64,000 nucleotides of DNA from Candidatus Heimdallarchaeota archaeon (GCA_030668825.1 DAOVET010000001.1:1-64000); one strand, 5' to 3'. Counted from the stretch's first letter, positions 10,159-21,156 are shown. A program made the numbers and translations. The notes: generated from the letters alone by a model not told the origin.

Positions 10159-12933
10159 ATGATTCAGTTAGATATTAGAATTCTTGTTCCCCTCATTTCG
10201 ATTCTTTCATCTGGATTACTTATCGTAGAAATAGTTAAGAAAAGAATATTGAAACTGAAAACATCAGATTCTTTTGCTGAAAATCTTGTAGAATCTCTAG
10301 TTGTGGGAACTATTGTTTTAGTTGTTCCAATGTTGATAATTGCTTGGTTCGCTAATAAAACAAATAACATTCTTATTCTAGAGCGATTTGTTTATGTTTA
10401 CCTAGCTATTGGATTACTTTATTTAATTTACAAAATATATGTTTGGGTTAGGAAAAAATTACCAATACTTGTTCTATCTGGAAGAAAAAGATTAACTCAA
10501 TCTATGGATCTACTTCTAAAAATTGTAATAATCTTAATGATACTCTTTTATGCATTCCAAATACTTGTGTACCCCCTTAAGGGCTGGGATTTCCTGCATT
10601 TTTATTTACCAAATTCTTTCAGAATCTTCATTACTGGTCAACTAAGTTCAATTAATGAATTAACATTTTTTCCTCAATTCAAACCTCCTATGAACATATT
10701 ACTTTTTGCATATACATTTTTTGTAACACAATCTGAAATGATTCAGTTTATTCCAATTCTATACTTATCAGGCACTGCATATTTTTGCTATAAAATATCC
10801 AAAATAATGGGTTTATCCAAGAAAACTGCTCTTTTTGCTTCAATTGCTTTTCTAGCTACTCCTCTTACCTATTTTCTTTTGTATGAATATACATACTATC
10901 AGGAGATGTATATACTCTTCTTTACTACTGGAGCTTTTTATTATTACAAACGTTTTCTGGGTACTGAGAAAAGTAAAGAACAGTTGTATTTTGCTATTTT
11001 AACGTCATTGAGTCTCGGCGGTTGTAGTTTAAGTAAACTGAGTGGTTTTGTTATTCCTATTGTTTTATTTGTTGCAATGCCTTCTGATAAAATTGGTAAG
11101 GTTTTACGGGTTATAATTATCGTAGGTTTTGCAAGCCAACTGATACGAAAATCAATTTTTGAGATTTACTTAGGTACAGGGATTCTTATTGGATTACTTG
11201 CGATATATTGCATTTATCTTGTTTTTAGCAGTAAGAGTTTAATTTTTTCTGTTAAGCGATGGATTTATACCTTAGGGATTTTTGCGTTCCCCTTTGCTAT
11301 TATAGTATTATGGGTTTTTTACATGCTAACAATTCCTGGTGTGGAAAATTATCTCGTTGATTTATTTGTGAATCTAAAATTCTCTAACTTAAGTTTATCT
11401 TGGCCTGGAATTGCTTTACCTGGTACTGTAACTTATCTAGAAAATGCCCATACAGCGTCCTTCATATCTTCATCATTTTCAATATTAATAGCAGCAATGT
11501 TTGCTGGAACATGGATGATTTTTAAGCTTGTAGGCTTTGTTAGCTCGAATAAGAAAAATAATGATCTTCTACTTTGGTTAATTTTCTTCTTTATTATCTG
11601 GCAAGGATTCTTTGCGATGGGATCAGTTAGATACCTTATACCTATCTTAGTTCCTTTAGCTATTATTTTTGCAGTAGGCTTTGAATCAATTGTTGAGTAC
11701 TTCAACAAGAGAGATGGAAAAGATAGGGATGGATTATTAGCTTACTTATTCATCACAGCGAGTGCTTATCTCTTCCTCTATCCAGTTTTACCTATTGAGA
11801 CTGTCTTTGAAAACTTTCATCTACGCTGGTATTTCGCTCACACAAGACTGTTGTCCTTATTTGGATATATTCTTTTATTCAATTTAGTAACTTTTCTTCT
11901 AATCTGGAAAGAGAAAAATCTCAAGTTAAGTTATTCACAAATCTATAACAAAAAATTCAATGTTAGAAAGATTCTTTCAGGAACTTTAATTTTTGTAGTT
12001 GTTTTTGTTCCTTTTGCAGGTCAAGCAGCTCTTCTTGCTTCTGTTGGTTTTAATTTGAAAAATTTTGAGAGCACATATTGTTATGATTACAGAGAATCAT
12101 TTCAAGAACTAATAGATGCCATTAATAGACTTGGTTACACAGATAATCAAATTATTCTCTCAGTGAATACACCAGGTTTAGAATATTATTCATCTCAACC
12201 GATAATTGATCTCTATATGATAGGTTTTCTAAGTGAAACGGGTTTATCTGACTCATCTGTTCCACTGTGGAAATCAAATGTTACAAGAAATCTAGAATTT
12301 TTTGAGAAATATGGTGTAACAATTTTCGTAGCTCTAAATGGTTCCAATGATTGGTTTCCAGCTTACTTGGAAGAATTTTACTGGAATTATTTTATTTTTA
12401 GATTTCTTCACAATAATGAATATTTCACTTATCGATTTGCAAACGAAGAATTCATGTTATTCACTATCATTAAATTCGAAGATTTTATTGGACCTGTTGA
12501 TATAGAATTGAAAGGAAATTCTTCTAAATCCAGTCTTCTTGCATATGCACCATTATCAATAGATATAACTGACGAAACTGCTTCAATTGAAGCATTATTG
12601 GATTTAACTGCAATTCAAACCAACCAACCAATTTCGATTGATATTTCTACACGGTATACTCTTTCAACCAATAGTACGATAATAGTAGATAATAGTAATT
12701 TTGTATTTAACAAGCCCATCAATGAAGCATTTACCTCCTTATCTCTAATGACCTTACCTCAGCAATTAACATACATTCATGATATAAGTATAACAATTAA
12801 TTATAATGATTTAGAGGGATTTCCACAGACTGTTATCCACAACTTAGATCCTATGTTCGGGAATTCAGTAAACATTACATGGACAGGCAACTCATGGTTT
12901 TATGAAGGATATTATGGATTTCAATTCCTCTAA
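10159..12933 (+). CDS. Large polytopic GT-C (PMT/ArnT-like) glycosyltransferase with a C-terminal extracellular domain
   Basis: Many TM helices, GWDFLHFYLP acidic loop, FKPP, SKLSG, RYLIP; starts 4 nt after the second GT2. Confidence 0.6.
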   Translation: MIQLDIRILVPLISILSSGLLIVEIVKKRILKLKTSDSFAENLVESLVVGTIVLVVPMLIIAWFANKTNNILILERFVYVYLAIGLLYLIYKIYVWVRKKLPILVLSGRKRLTQSMDLLLKIVIILMILFYAFQILVYPLKGWDFLHFYLPNSFRIFITGQLSSINELTFFPQFKPPMNILLFAYTFFVTQSEMIQFIPILYLSGTAYFCYKISKIMGLSKKTALFASIAFLATPLTYFLLYEYTYYQEMYILFFTTGAFYYYKRFLGTEKSKEQLYFAILTSLSLGGCSLSKLSGFVIPIVLFVAMPSDKIGKVLRVIIIVGFASQLIRKSIFEIYLGTGILIGLLAIYCIYLVFSSKSLIFSVKRWIYTLGIFAFPFAIIVLWVFYMLTIPGVENYLVDLFVNLKFSNLSLSWPGIALPGTVTYLENAHTASFISSSFSILIAAMFAGTWMIFKLVGFVSSNKKNNDLLLWLIFFFIIWQGFFAMGSVRYLIPILVPLAIIFAVGFESIVEYFNKRDGKDRDGLLAYLFITASAYLFLYPVLPIETVFENFHLRWYFAHTRLLSLFGYILLFNLVTFLLIWKEKNLKLSYSQIYNKKFNVRKILSGTLIFVVVFVPFAGQAALLASVGFNLKNFESTYCYDYRESFQELIDAINRLGYTDNQIILSVNTPGLEYYSSQPIIDLYMIGFLSETGLSDSSVPLWKSNVTRNLEFFEKYGVTIFVALNGSNDWFPAYLEEFYWNYFIFRFLHNNEYFTYRFANEEFMLFTIIKFEDFIGPVDIELKGNSSKSSLLAYAPLSIDITDETASIEALLDLTAIQTNQPISIDISTRYTLSTNSTIIVDNSNFVFNKPINEAFTSLSLMTLPQQLTYIHDISITINYNDLEGFPQTVIHNLDPMFGNSVNITWTGNSWFYEGYYGFQFL

Positions 12934-12941
12934 TTGTTCAT

Positions 12942-15900
12942 TTATCTTCTAACTGAAGATACTTTTCTTTCTTTACTCGCTTTTCTAGCAATCAGAAAAG
13001 TTGTTAGAATAGCAACAAGAAGAATTAATGCTACATTAAGGAGAAAAATGTTCCAACTTCCTTTTGGTACAAATGTATGTCCAAAGAAAACAGTTTGATT
13101 TAAGCTTGATAATATTTTTAGGATAAGAGTACCAATTCCATACCCAATAATCGATGCCACAAATGCAATAAGTCCTAGTCTTGAAAAAATCGAAACAATC
13201 GTATGAAGGTTTGTACCTCCTATCATCTTAATAATCGTTGTTTCCCTCTTGCTTTCTTTATACATATTCTGTAGAATTGAGTACATATTGACAATTACTA
13301 CAATAAGGATAAGTACAATCTCCGCATAAGCTAGTGTATACGTAAATAGCAACGAACCTCTAAGATAGTAGTTTAGATATTCTGTTGAAAACGCTATTAA
13401 GAAAGAAAATCCAGCCACTGGCTTAAAAGGAATTTTTAACCATTGTTCTTCTGAATCACTTGGTAAAACTATAGTTATTAATTCTTTCCCAGGTTCAAAG
13501 ATTCGACGTAAGTGTAAAGAACTTCCATCTTTTAGAAAAATAGTTAAATTCACATAACCATAGGATAAATAAATTTGAAACTTTGAATATAATGAAGTTG
13601 TAGTTATTATTTGTCCTTGAAGTTCTGTTTCTACTATTACTGGAAGATTGTAGACTTTTGACCCATTATCATATTTGAATTCAAAAACAATTGCTTTTCT
13701 CTTAGAAGGGATTTCAAACAGAACGAGATTGTTTAATCCGTAAATTTCAAAGGGAACAGCAATTGTAGCATCTCCTCCTCTAGTGAAATAACAGATGTAA
13801 TCTCCAGAAGGTAAAGAAGAAGTGAAAAATTGACCTTGATTGTCAGTTATTTGAGACATGATTCTTCTTCCAAACAAGTCCCTAATAATGCAATATTGAT
13901 TGCCAATAGAAGAGTTAGCAAAATAGTCTCTTACTTCAACAATTGTATCACCACAACCAATTAGGATATTCTGATTGATTCCAATTCTAGTATCTAATTG
14001 GAAATCGTAATGTTTATCTGCATAATTGAATATTACCTGAAATTCTCCTTCGAAAACATTGAAAAAAACACTTCCATTAATATCTGTAGTAAAATAGTTG
14101 GTTGGAGAATTGTAAAAATCATTAATAGCAACAGTTAGATTAAAGATCTGATAAATCACATCCCCTATTTTTACTTCAAGAGTTAAATTAACAGGAACAT
14201 ATTCTTGTTCCATGTAAAATGTATAGGTTTCTGTTTTTGTGTTATAATAAGAATCAGTGAGATAGAAAATTATTGTGTGCTCCCCTCCTACCAGAAACTG
14301 AAGATTATAGATTATATCATATTCGTAAATCGGCTCATTATCTACTTTGAATAATATTTGTACTGCATCACTTTCTAGTATTAAATCGGCATCTAGCCCC
14401 TCTTCTCCTTTGTGAGGTGACAAAACTGTTACATAAGGCTTATTTGTATCCACAATGAAATTATAGTTAAAAGTATCATTAGAGATGTCAACTAATTGAT
14501 AAAAAAGAGAGTAGTATCCATCACTAACATAGAGTGAATTAATTGAATTAATAGTATAATTAACATCAAAATATGTAAGGTTTACAACAACATCCCCGAC
14601 ATATGTTTCGTTTAAATCATCATTAGTTATTATCGATGTTTTCTGACCATCTAAAATGTCAAAAGTCCATGTACGTTCTCTATTATCCCATAAATTTACC
14701 CAATAGATTATTTTGAGATTATAATTGCCTGGATAAAGAAAAACTCTAGTAAAATCTCTAACGCCCCCTGCTTTGAAAACGGTTCCTGTTATTTGATATT
14801 CAACAACGATCCCTGCAGAATTAGAAAAAACTTCCAAATCAATATAATTCTGATTTATTGTTCCTGAATATTCATTTAATAGGTAAAAATCTATTGGAAT
14901 ACCTCCAGTAAAATTAACTACGACAAACTCATAATACAGTTCTATGGAATTTCCTGCAAGATCAGTCGTTCTTAATGTTAAAGTATGGATACCGTTTCCT
15001 TGAGGAACAAGAATTTTTGTATCATAAGCAGTTGAAAAAGAAAGACTATCCCATGAAAACTCAAGAGAAGAAAGCGTTTCATTTGTTAAAACCGTTAGTA
15101 CAGATTCATGATTGATTTCACTTCCATTGATATACGATAATGTAATAATTGGAGTTGAATTATCTATCCTAAAAGTGTATGATCGATTTGACCATGTAGA
15201 GGTATCATAAAATGCTAAATACAAGGTATGATTACCTTCAGCCAATCCATCTGGTTTGATTATACCGTTTTTACTTATCAGTAAATCTGCATTACTATCC
15301 CAATTGTAGTATGCGTCATATTGCGGATTGAACCATGTTTGAATTTCAGATTCTGCTCTGACTTTCATGTGTTCTTTCAAGCCAATAATACCTATTCCTT
15401 CAGGATTGTCTGTCACTGCAAAAACAAAATTCCATTCTTTACTAGAACTCTCAAATTCCGCTTTCAGTGTTAAGGTGTGAATTCCATTGACATAAGGTAC
15501 GGATATTATATCGGAAAGAATGTCCAACCAAGGATCATTATTCCATCTATAGAAGAAATTGCCACTAAATCTCTGAGTTGCATTAAGAATTATTACACTT
15601 GAAGGATTCAAGTGAGAGCCATTCATTGTATTTATGAAATAATAGTCTTCAGGAATAGCTTCTATTACGTTAAAGTAAACTTTGGCTTCTGCGTAATTTA
15701 GACTCTTATTAAATCCACTCGATATAAAATCTTGATTATAAGTTTCGATTGTTAAAGAATGAGAGCCCTCATCAAAAGGAATTGAAATACTTTCTGGTGC
15801 TTCTTCACCAGGAGATGCTAAATAGAAGTCTACCATTGTTGATAGGTTATCATCCCAGTAGAAATAAATGGAATAACCCGGAGAGGAGGATATTCTGATG

Positions 15901-17135
15901 TCAACATTTTGACCAATAATTACGGAATTATTAATTGGGTTTTCTACTATTATTAGTGGGTGTCTACTGATTAATATAATTTCGAAATCATTTGTAATAG
16001 ATGTTATGAACGTAACATCTTTTCTATATATTTCATACGAAATTCTACCATAGTAACTGCCATCACTTACTGATATATTTGCTTCTCCATTACTGTCTGT
16101 GATACTTACATAGTTACTATCTTCTGAATTGACTCCATCCCGTCTGTAAAGAGCTATCGCCGCTCCTTGAATTGGTTCGTTTTCATCTGTTATTACTCGG
16201 AAATACACATTTCTCTCGATATAAGGAACGGATACTTCTACTTCCTTATCTTGATCTAATAGAATCTTTGTTGACTCTGAAATAACATCTTTAACTTCAC
16301 ATTGTATTTCGTATTCACCAAAAGGCATTACAAACGAAACTTGATTATCATTAAAAATAATGGTTTCATTCATTAATTCACCTCTCTTGTTATAAACTGA
16401 AACTGTTGCGTTAAGCTCTTGCAGATTCCCAGGAGTTATGATACTCACAACTAATTCAAATTCCTTACTAACTAATTCCCTTAGCATTTCTTTGTTGTCA
16501 ATGATATCTAAGTCTATCTCGATTCTCAAGTGAGTTATATAATTGAAATCCTCAAATGCAAAAAACTGACCGATCCATAGAGAAGAAATAACCTCATCAT
16601 CCAATAGGGTATTAGTTCCAAAAATTGATTTGATTTTTAATTCAATAGCAGCTTCTGATCTGGTAGAAAAAAGTGTAATATAATCCCCAATATTTAGGTT
16701 ACTTCTTTCAGCAAAATTAATGCCCACGCTAACCTCAAAAGTATCATTGACAGTTAGAAGTTGCCCTTCTAGGTATTCTACATTCGTAAAATACCAGAAA
16801 GAAGAAGCATCTACACCTCTGAAATAGACAGCTTTGTTCTTATATACAGCTGCAGTCATTACTTCAGGACTAACTTCTTTTACCCCTTCAATTGAACTAA
16901 TAGTATCTGCTAAATCTAAGGGTATCACACTAGTATATGGGGTCGATGCCTCTGGATTTGAAATTACCAATACACTCTCATCCTCTCCTAGATATGTTGC
17001 TGTACTATTTACAATGCTTGACATAAGGATTCCAGCCCCAGAAATTATTGTTGAACTAATAAGAAACCCTATGAAAACTAAGAGTATTCTCTTCTTTGGT
17101 AGGACATTGTAGAGAAAGATCTTTCTGAGATTCAT
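12942..17135 (-). CDS. FtsX/MacB-type ABC permease with a very large extracellular Ig-like insert
   Basis: N-terminal TM plus MacB-like region (VYFRGVD, VSVGINFAE); C-terminal FtsX segment (ESKRETTIIKMIGG); internal repeats of INGS...SWD...GIHTLTL. Confidence 0.8.
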   Translation of the reverse strand: MNLRKIFLYNVLPKKRILLVFIGFLISSTIISGAGILMSSIVNSTATYLGEDESVLVISNPEASTPYTSVIPLDLADTISSIEGVKEVSPEVMTAAVYKNKAVYFRGVDASSFWYFTNVEYLEGQLLTVNDTFEVSVGINFAERSNLNIGDYITLFSTRSEAAIELKIKSIFGTNTLLDDEVISSLWIGQFFAFEDFNYITHLRIEIDLDIIDNKEMLRELVSKEFELVVSIITPGNLQELNATVSVYNKRGELMNETIIFNDNQVSFVMPFGEYEIQCEVKDVISESTKILLDQDKEVEVSVPYIERNVYFRVITDENEPIQGAAIALYRRDGVNSEDSNYVSITDSNGEANISVSDGSYYGRISYEIYRKDVTFITSITNDFEIILISRHPLIIVENPINNSVIIGQNVDIRISSSPGYSIYFYWDDNLSTMVDFYLASPGEEAPESISIPFDEGSHSLTIETYNQDFISSGFNKSLNYAEAKVYFNVIEAIPEDYYFINTMNGSHLNPSSVIILNATQRFSGNFFYRWNNDPWLDILSDIISVPYVNGIHTLTLKAEFESSSKEWNFVFAVTDNPEGIGIIGLKEHMKVRAESEIQTWFNPQYDAYYNWDSNADLLISKNGIIKPDGLAEGNHTLYLAFYDTSTWSNRSYTFRIDNSTPIITLSYINGSEINHESVLTVLTNETLSSLEFSWDSLSFSTAYDTKILVPQGNGIHTLTLRTTDLAGNSIELYYEFVVVNFTGGIPIDFYLLNEYSGTINQNYIDLEVFSNSAGIVVEYQITGTVFKAGGVRDFTRVFLYPGNYNLKIIYWVNLWDNRERTWTFDILDGQKTSIITNDDLNETYVGDVVVNLTYFDVNYTINSINSLYVSDGYYSLFYQLVDISNDTFNYNFIVDTNKPYVTVLSPHKGEEGLDADLILESDAVQILFKVDNEPIYEYDIIYNLQFLVGGEHTIIFYLTDSYYNTKTETYTFYMEQEYVPVNLTLEVKIGDVIYQIFNLTVAINDFYNSPTNYFTTDINGSVFFNVFEGEFQVIFNYADKHYDFQLDTRIGINQNILIGCGDTIVEVRDYFANSSIGNQYCIIRDLFGRRIMSQITDNQGQFFTSSLPSGDYICYFTRGGDATIAVPFEIYGLNNLVLFEIPSKRKAIVFEFKYDNGSKVYNLPVIVETELQGQIITTTSLYSKFQIYLSYGYVNLTIFLKDGSSLHLRRIFEPGKELITIVLPSDSEEQWLKIPFKPVAGFSFLIAFSTEYLNYYLRGSLLFTYTLAYAEIVLILIVVIVNMYSILQNMYKESKRETTIIKMIGGTNLHTIVSIFSRLGLIAFVASIIGYGIGTLILKILSSLNQTVFFGHTFVPKGSWNIFLLNVALILLVAILTTFLIARKASKERKVSSVRR

Positions 17136-18307
17136 CTAGTGCCCCTCCTTGTGACTTTGATTTTTGAAGCTTCAAGCGAAGGAATTATTCCGGATATTAT
17201 GGATAATGATAAGGAAAATAGAAATATTATTCCAACCAAAAAACCTTCAACTTTCAATGCTATGTATGGTAATCCCATTGTTGCTGTAACTAAACCCACT
17301 ATACCACTCACAGCTAAATATCCAATTACTAGAGAAAGTAAAGCTGATATTACTCCAATATAAAGAGATTGAAGCATGAATAACATAACTATTTGCCTTT
17401 TAGTAGCTCCAATAGATCTTAATGTAAAAATCTCTCCTTCACTCTCTCTAACTAATGTGTAAATGCTATATGAAATAGAAACAAGCATTAAAACAAAAAA
17501 TAAAATCTCTAGAAGAGTTAGGGTTCTTATTACGTCATTTGTAGCAAAAATGATGAAATTCTGAGTCTGTTTCTCATCAAGCACTTCTAAGAAACTGAAT
17601 TCATTTATAATGTCGGTTCTAATTGTTTCAATTTCCCTAATATCTAGAACTCTTAATTCTATAAATGAGAAATAATCCAAAGATGTATTTAGATCAAAAC
17701 TGGATAGCGATCCCATTAACTCTATATCATACTCGTGACCTGATTTAATTATGTTTGTTACAGAATAGCTTTCATTATGTGATAGTACAAATGACTCATT
17801 TACTTGATAATCACTAAATTCAATTCTTATTAAGGATCCTACTCCTGCAGCAGTCAGATAAGCAAGTTGTTGTCCTATGATTACTTCATCATTTTCTAGT
17901 TCTGTTGGGGGAAATTCATAATGATGAGATTGAAATCGCTCGAAATCACTGATGTTGAGCAATCGTAAATGCGTCGTTAACCTTGTTCCTGTTTCTCCTT
18001 CAACCACTACTGGAATATATAATTCCGGTAAAATCACCTCTAAGTTTGGTGTTCTACTAGCGTATTCCTCTAAAAATTCTAACACTTCAACATTTATTCT
18101 ACTTTCGGATAAACTCTTTCCTTCTTCTATAACAAGAAGAAGATCTGAAGGTTGAATAATCTCTGCCATTCCACTTATATTGGATGCATATCCTTTGACT
18201 AAAAGGGTTGTAGAAATATATATGACGAGAGCTAAAGTTAATGTCATTATAGCTTGATAAGTCCTCTTTCTATTATGAAAGAAAAACCGAACACTAAACT
18301 TTAGCAT
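17132..18307 (-). CDS. FtsX/MacB-type ABC permease
   Basis: ESEGEIFTLRSIGATKRQI motif, 4-TM layout, 4-nt overlap with the next gene. Confidence 0.85.
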   Translation of the reverse strand: MLKFSVRFFFHNRKRTYQAIMTLTLALVIYISTTLLVKGYASNISGMAEIIQPSDLLLVIEEGKSLSESRINVEVLEFLEEYASRTPNLEVILPELYIPVVVEGETGTRLTTHLRLLNISDFERFQSHHYEFPPTELENDEVIIGQQLAYLTAAGVGSLIRIEFSDYQVNESFVLSHNESYSVTNIIKSGHEYDIELMGSLSSFDLNTSLDYFSFIELRVLDIREIETIRTDIINEFSFLEVLDEKQTQNFIIFATNDVIRTLTLLEILFFVLMLVSISYSIYTLVRESEGEIFTLRSIGATKRQIVMLFMLQSLYIGVISALLSLVIGYLAVSGIVGLVTATMGLPYIALKVEGFLVGIIFLFSLSLSIISGIIPSLEASKIKVTRRGTR

Positions 18308-18387
18308 TTAACATCTCACTTGAAGACATGAATTTCTAGTGATATAAAATTTTCTAGCTAAAAAAAAGAAGAAATTTCTTCTTCTCT

Positions 18388-19710
18388 TCATGTTACATAT
18401 TGGTAGAGACTGAAGAATACCAATCTTTGAATAATTAATGTAATGTATATTGCAAAACCAACTGCAAAAATAGATGGTATTCGGGTTTTTGAAGGAGTTA
18501 CTCTGTTTACCCCTATACCTAAGAATAGTAAAAATCCATAAAAGAATATGTTAAGAGGGATTTTGACAAGCAATTGATACGTTATTTCACGCATTTCGTC
18601 TCTAAATATATCACTGGTTGGGTGAAATCCAATTGCTTCTAAATATTTTATACCACCGAAAATATAGCCGATCATATATATGAAAATAGCAATAGAAGCA
18701 ATAAAAACTGCATTACGGTAGATTTTCAACCACTTCCTTTCTCCCAATAGCAGTGAATAAATGAGTGGAAAAACAAAAACCCATGTAAACCATGCAAGAA
18801 TCCCAAGAAACATCTGATCTCCAATGTCACTTGTTGCGAAATTTGTAAAATCAAATTCTTCGGTTAAACCACCTACCAAACTTCCAGGAAAGAGAGGAAA
18901 GACTGTTGTCTCTGACCAGAAACCTCCCGCGAAAAGCATAAAACTTACGTATACGAGAAAAGATGTTAAAATATTGATTAGGAAGTAATTTGGTAACAGT
19001 TCAGAGTAACTTGCTCTTGTTGGTCTAGTCAAATAATCTTTTGCAAATCTGAAAGTATCCTTAACATATGTAAATTTGAAAAGCAGATAGACAGCTATTG
19101 CAGGAATAGCTATAACTGCTATAAGAAATAGGATATTAAGCGTCAGTACTACAGGATTCGATAAAGAACCAAGTACATCATCCCAGATGAAAGTTCTTAT
19201 ATCGAAATCAGCCATTCCCTTAAACGGAGGGGATCCGAAAATAAGTAGAGAATACCAACACAAAGTTAATGCTACAAAAAATGTTGCTAAATAGTCTCTT
19301 ATCCTGAATTTCCTTTTTTGAGTGTCCAAATACCATAGTTTCTTGTAAACTATTTCTGTAGCATCAGCTTCAAAATCAGTTAATACTAATCCATCTACTC
19401 TTATTTCACCGTATTTTTCATAGAATCTCTTAGCAATCATATCTAGTAATTCTTCGGTGTCTTTTGTATCCATTCTTTTATCTACTGATAAAACAAACAG
19501 TAAATCATTCTCCTCTTCTTGAAAAATGATCCTTGAAGTTACCAGCTCAAATTCAGAAATCTTTTCTCTTTGGGTTTCTGTTGCCATTGAATAAATTGCG
19601 CTCATCAACCCCCCTGTTAGAGCAATATCAACAGCTTCTTCTGTTTTTTCAAATTCTTGACTATAGAAAATTTGACCATAAGTTGTAATAATAAGTAGAT
19701 GTTTAATCAA
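18388..19710 (-). CDS. Longin-domain protein fused to about 7 TM helices
   Basis: N-terminal ~125 aa match the Asgard longin pattern (LLIITTYGQIFYSQEF...LTGGLMSAIYSMA...LDMIAKRFYEKYG), followed by seven hydrophobic segments. Confidence 0.7.
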   Translation of the reverse strand: MIKHLLIITTYGQIFYSQEFEKTEEAVDIALTGGLMSAIYSMATETQREKISEFELVTSRIIFQEEENDLLFVLSVDKRMDTKDTEELLDMIAKRFYEKYGEIRVDGLVLTDFEADATEIVYKKLWYLDTQKRKFRIRDYLATFFVALTLCWYSLLIFGSPPFKGMADFDIRTFIWDDVLGSLSNPVVLTLNILFLIAVIAIPAIAVYLLFKFTYVKDTFRFAKDYLTRPTRASYSELLPNYFLINILTSFLVYVSFMLFAGGFWSETTVFPLFPGSLVGGLTEEFDFTNFATSDIGDQMFLGILAWFTWVFVFPLIYSLLLGERKWLKIYRNAVFIASIAIFIYMIGYIFGGIKYLEAIGFHPTSDIFRDEMREITYQLLVKIPLNIFFYGFLLFLGIGVNRVTPSKTRIPSIFAVGFAIYITLIIQRLVFFSLYQYVT

Positions 19711-19810
19711 GGTGGTATTCCCCTTTTCTTATAACTCATAATATGAACCTCTCTCCTAAAAATATTACGGAAGTTTTCAGGAAATAGAAAAAAAGGGTGG
19801 TATAGAAGAA

Positions 19811-21064
19811 TTAGGTGCCTTCAAAGTAGGCATCCTTATAGGCTTCTTGTTCAGGAGTCAATATATCTATTTTATATCCCATGAGTGACAGTTTTAAACC
19901 TGCTATTTTTCTATCTTGTTCATCTGGAATATCATAAACTTTATTTTCGAGACTTTTACCCTCTTCTGCAAGATGAATTAAGCTTAACAATTGGTTCGCA
20001 AATGACATATCCATAACTTCTGAAGGATGACCTTCAGCTGCAGATAAGTTTACCAATCTTCCTTTTGCTAGAAGATACAATTTTCTTCCATCTGGCATTA
20101 GATATTCTTCATTATTTTTTCGTATTTCTCTTTTTGCTGTGCTTAAATCTTCTAACTCTTGGATGTTTATTTCAGCATCATAATGTCCAGTATTGCATAC
20201 AATAGCACCTTCTTTCATGCTTTCAAAGTGTTTTTTTACAATAACATCCTTCATCCCAGTTGCAGTAATGAATAAATCGCCCAAACTTGCAGCTTCATCC
20301 ATCTTCATAACCCTAAACCCATCCATTGCAGCCTTAAGAGCTTGAACTGGATCAACTTCAGTTATGATTACATCAGCCCCTAATCCCGATGAATTCTTAG
20401 CCAAACCTTTTCCACAGTGTCCATAACCAGCTATAACAACGATTTTACCAGCAATTATGATGTTAGTTGATCTCAACACTCCATCTAGTGTAGATTGACC
20501 TGTTCCATAGTAATTATCAAAGTCACTTTTTGTTTCTGCATCATTTACTGCCATTATTGGATACAAGAGTTTTTTAGCTCTGTCCATTGCTCTCAATCTG
20601 TGAACACCAGTTGTTGTTTCTTCGGTTCCACCTATGATAGTTTCAGCTAGATCTGAAAATTCAGAATGTACTCGAAATATTAGATCAGCTCCATCATCTA
20701 AAGTTAAAGTAGGTTTGGATTCCAAAACCTTGTCTATTGCCCAATAGAATTCTTCATTGGACATTCCATACCAAGCAAATATGGAGATATCTTTAGCTGC
20801 TAAAGCAGCAGCAATATCGTCTTTTGTAGATAAAGGATTACACCCACTCCAAGAAACCTCCGCTCCAGCTGCTATCAAAGTTTCAACCAAAACTGCTGTT
20901 TCTTTTGTTACATGAAGACATCCTGCTACCTTCATACCTTCTAATGGTTTTGTTTCTGCAAACTTCCTTCTTAATTCCATAAGAATAGGCATCCTAGACT
21001 CTGCCCAGTCTATATTCTTTCGACCCTCTTCAGCTAGATTTATGTCCTTAATTTTGTATTCCAT
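19811..21064 (-). CDS. ahcY: Adenosylhomocysteinase
   Basis: GCLHVT, GCNPLST, DDGAD, EETTTGV, FDNYYGTGQS, GHPSEVMDMSF. Confidence 0.97.
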   Translation of the reverse strand: MEYKIKDINLAEEGRKNIDWAESRMPILMELRRKFAETKPLEGMKVAGCLHVTKETAVLVETLIAAGAEVSWSGCNPLSTKDDIAAALAAKDISIFAWYGMSNEEFYWAIDKVLESKPTLTLDDGADLIFRVHSEFSDLAETIIGGTEETTTGVHRLRAMDRAKKLLYPIMAVNDAETKSDFDNYYGTGQSTLDGVLRSTNIIIAGKIVVIAGYGHCGKGLAKNSSGLGADVIITEVDPVQALKAAMDGFRVMKMDEAASLGDLFITATGMKDVIVKKHFESMKEGAIVCNTGHYDAEINIQELEDLSTAKREIRKNNEEYLMPDGRKLYLLAKGRLVNLSAAEGHPSEVMDMSFANQLLSLIHLAEEGKSLENKVYDIPDEQDRKIAGLKLSLMGYKIDILTPEQEAYKDAYFEGT

Positions 21065-21122
21065 GTTTCTCCCTTCTTCTTCAATTTTAAAAATATGTCG
21101 AGTTAAGATTTTTTGAAAAACA

Positions 21123-21140
21123 CAAGATTAATCAATCTTG
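21123..21140. promoter_or_regulatory. Palindrome in the divergent ahcY/GDPD promoter region, possible regulator site
   Basis: Perfect inverted repeat CAAGATT-aatc-AATCTTG in the 92-bp intergenic region. Confidence 0.3.
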
Positions 21141-21156
21141 AAAAAAAACTGATAAT

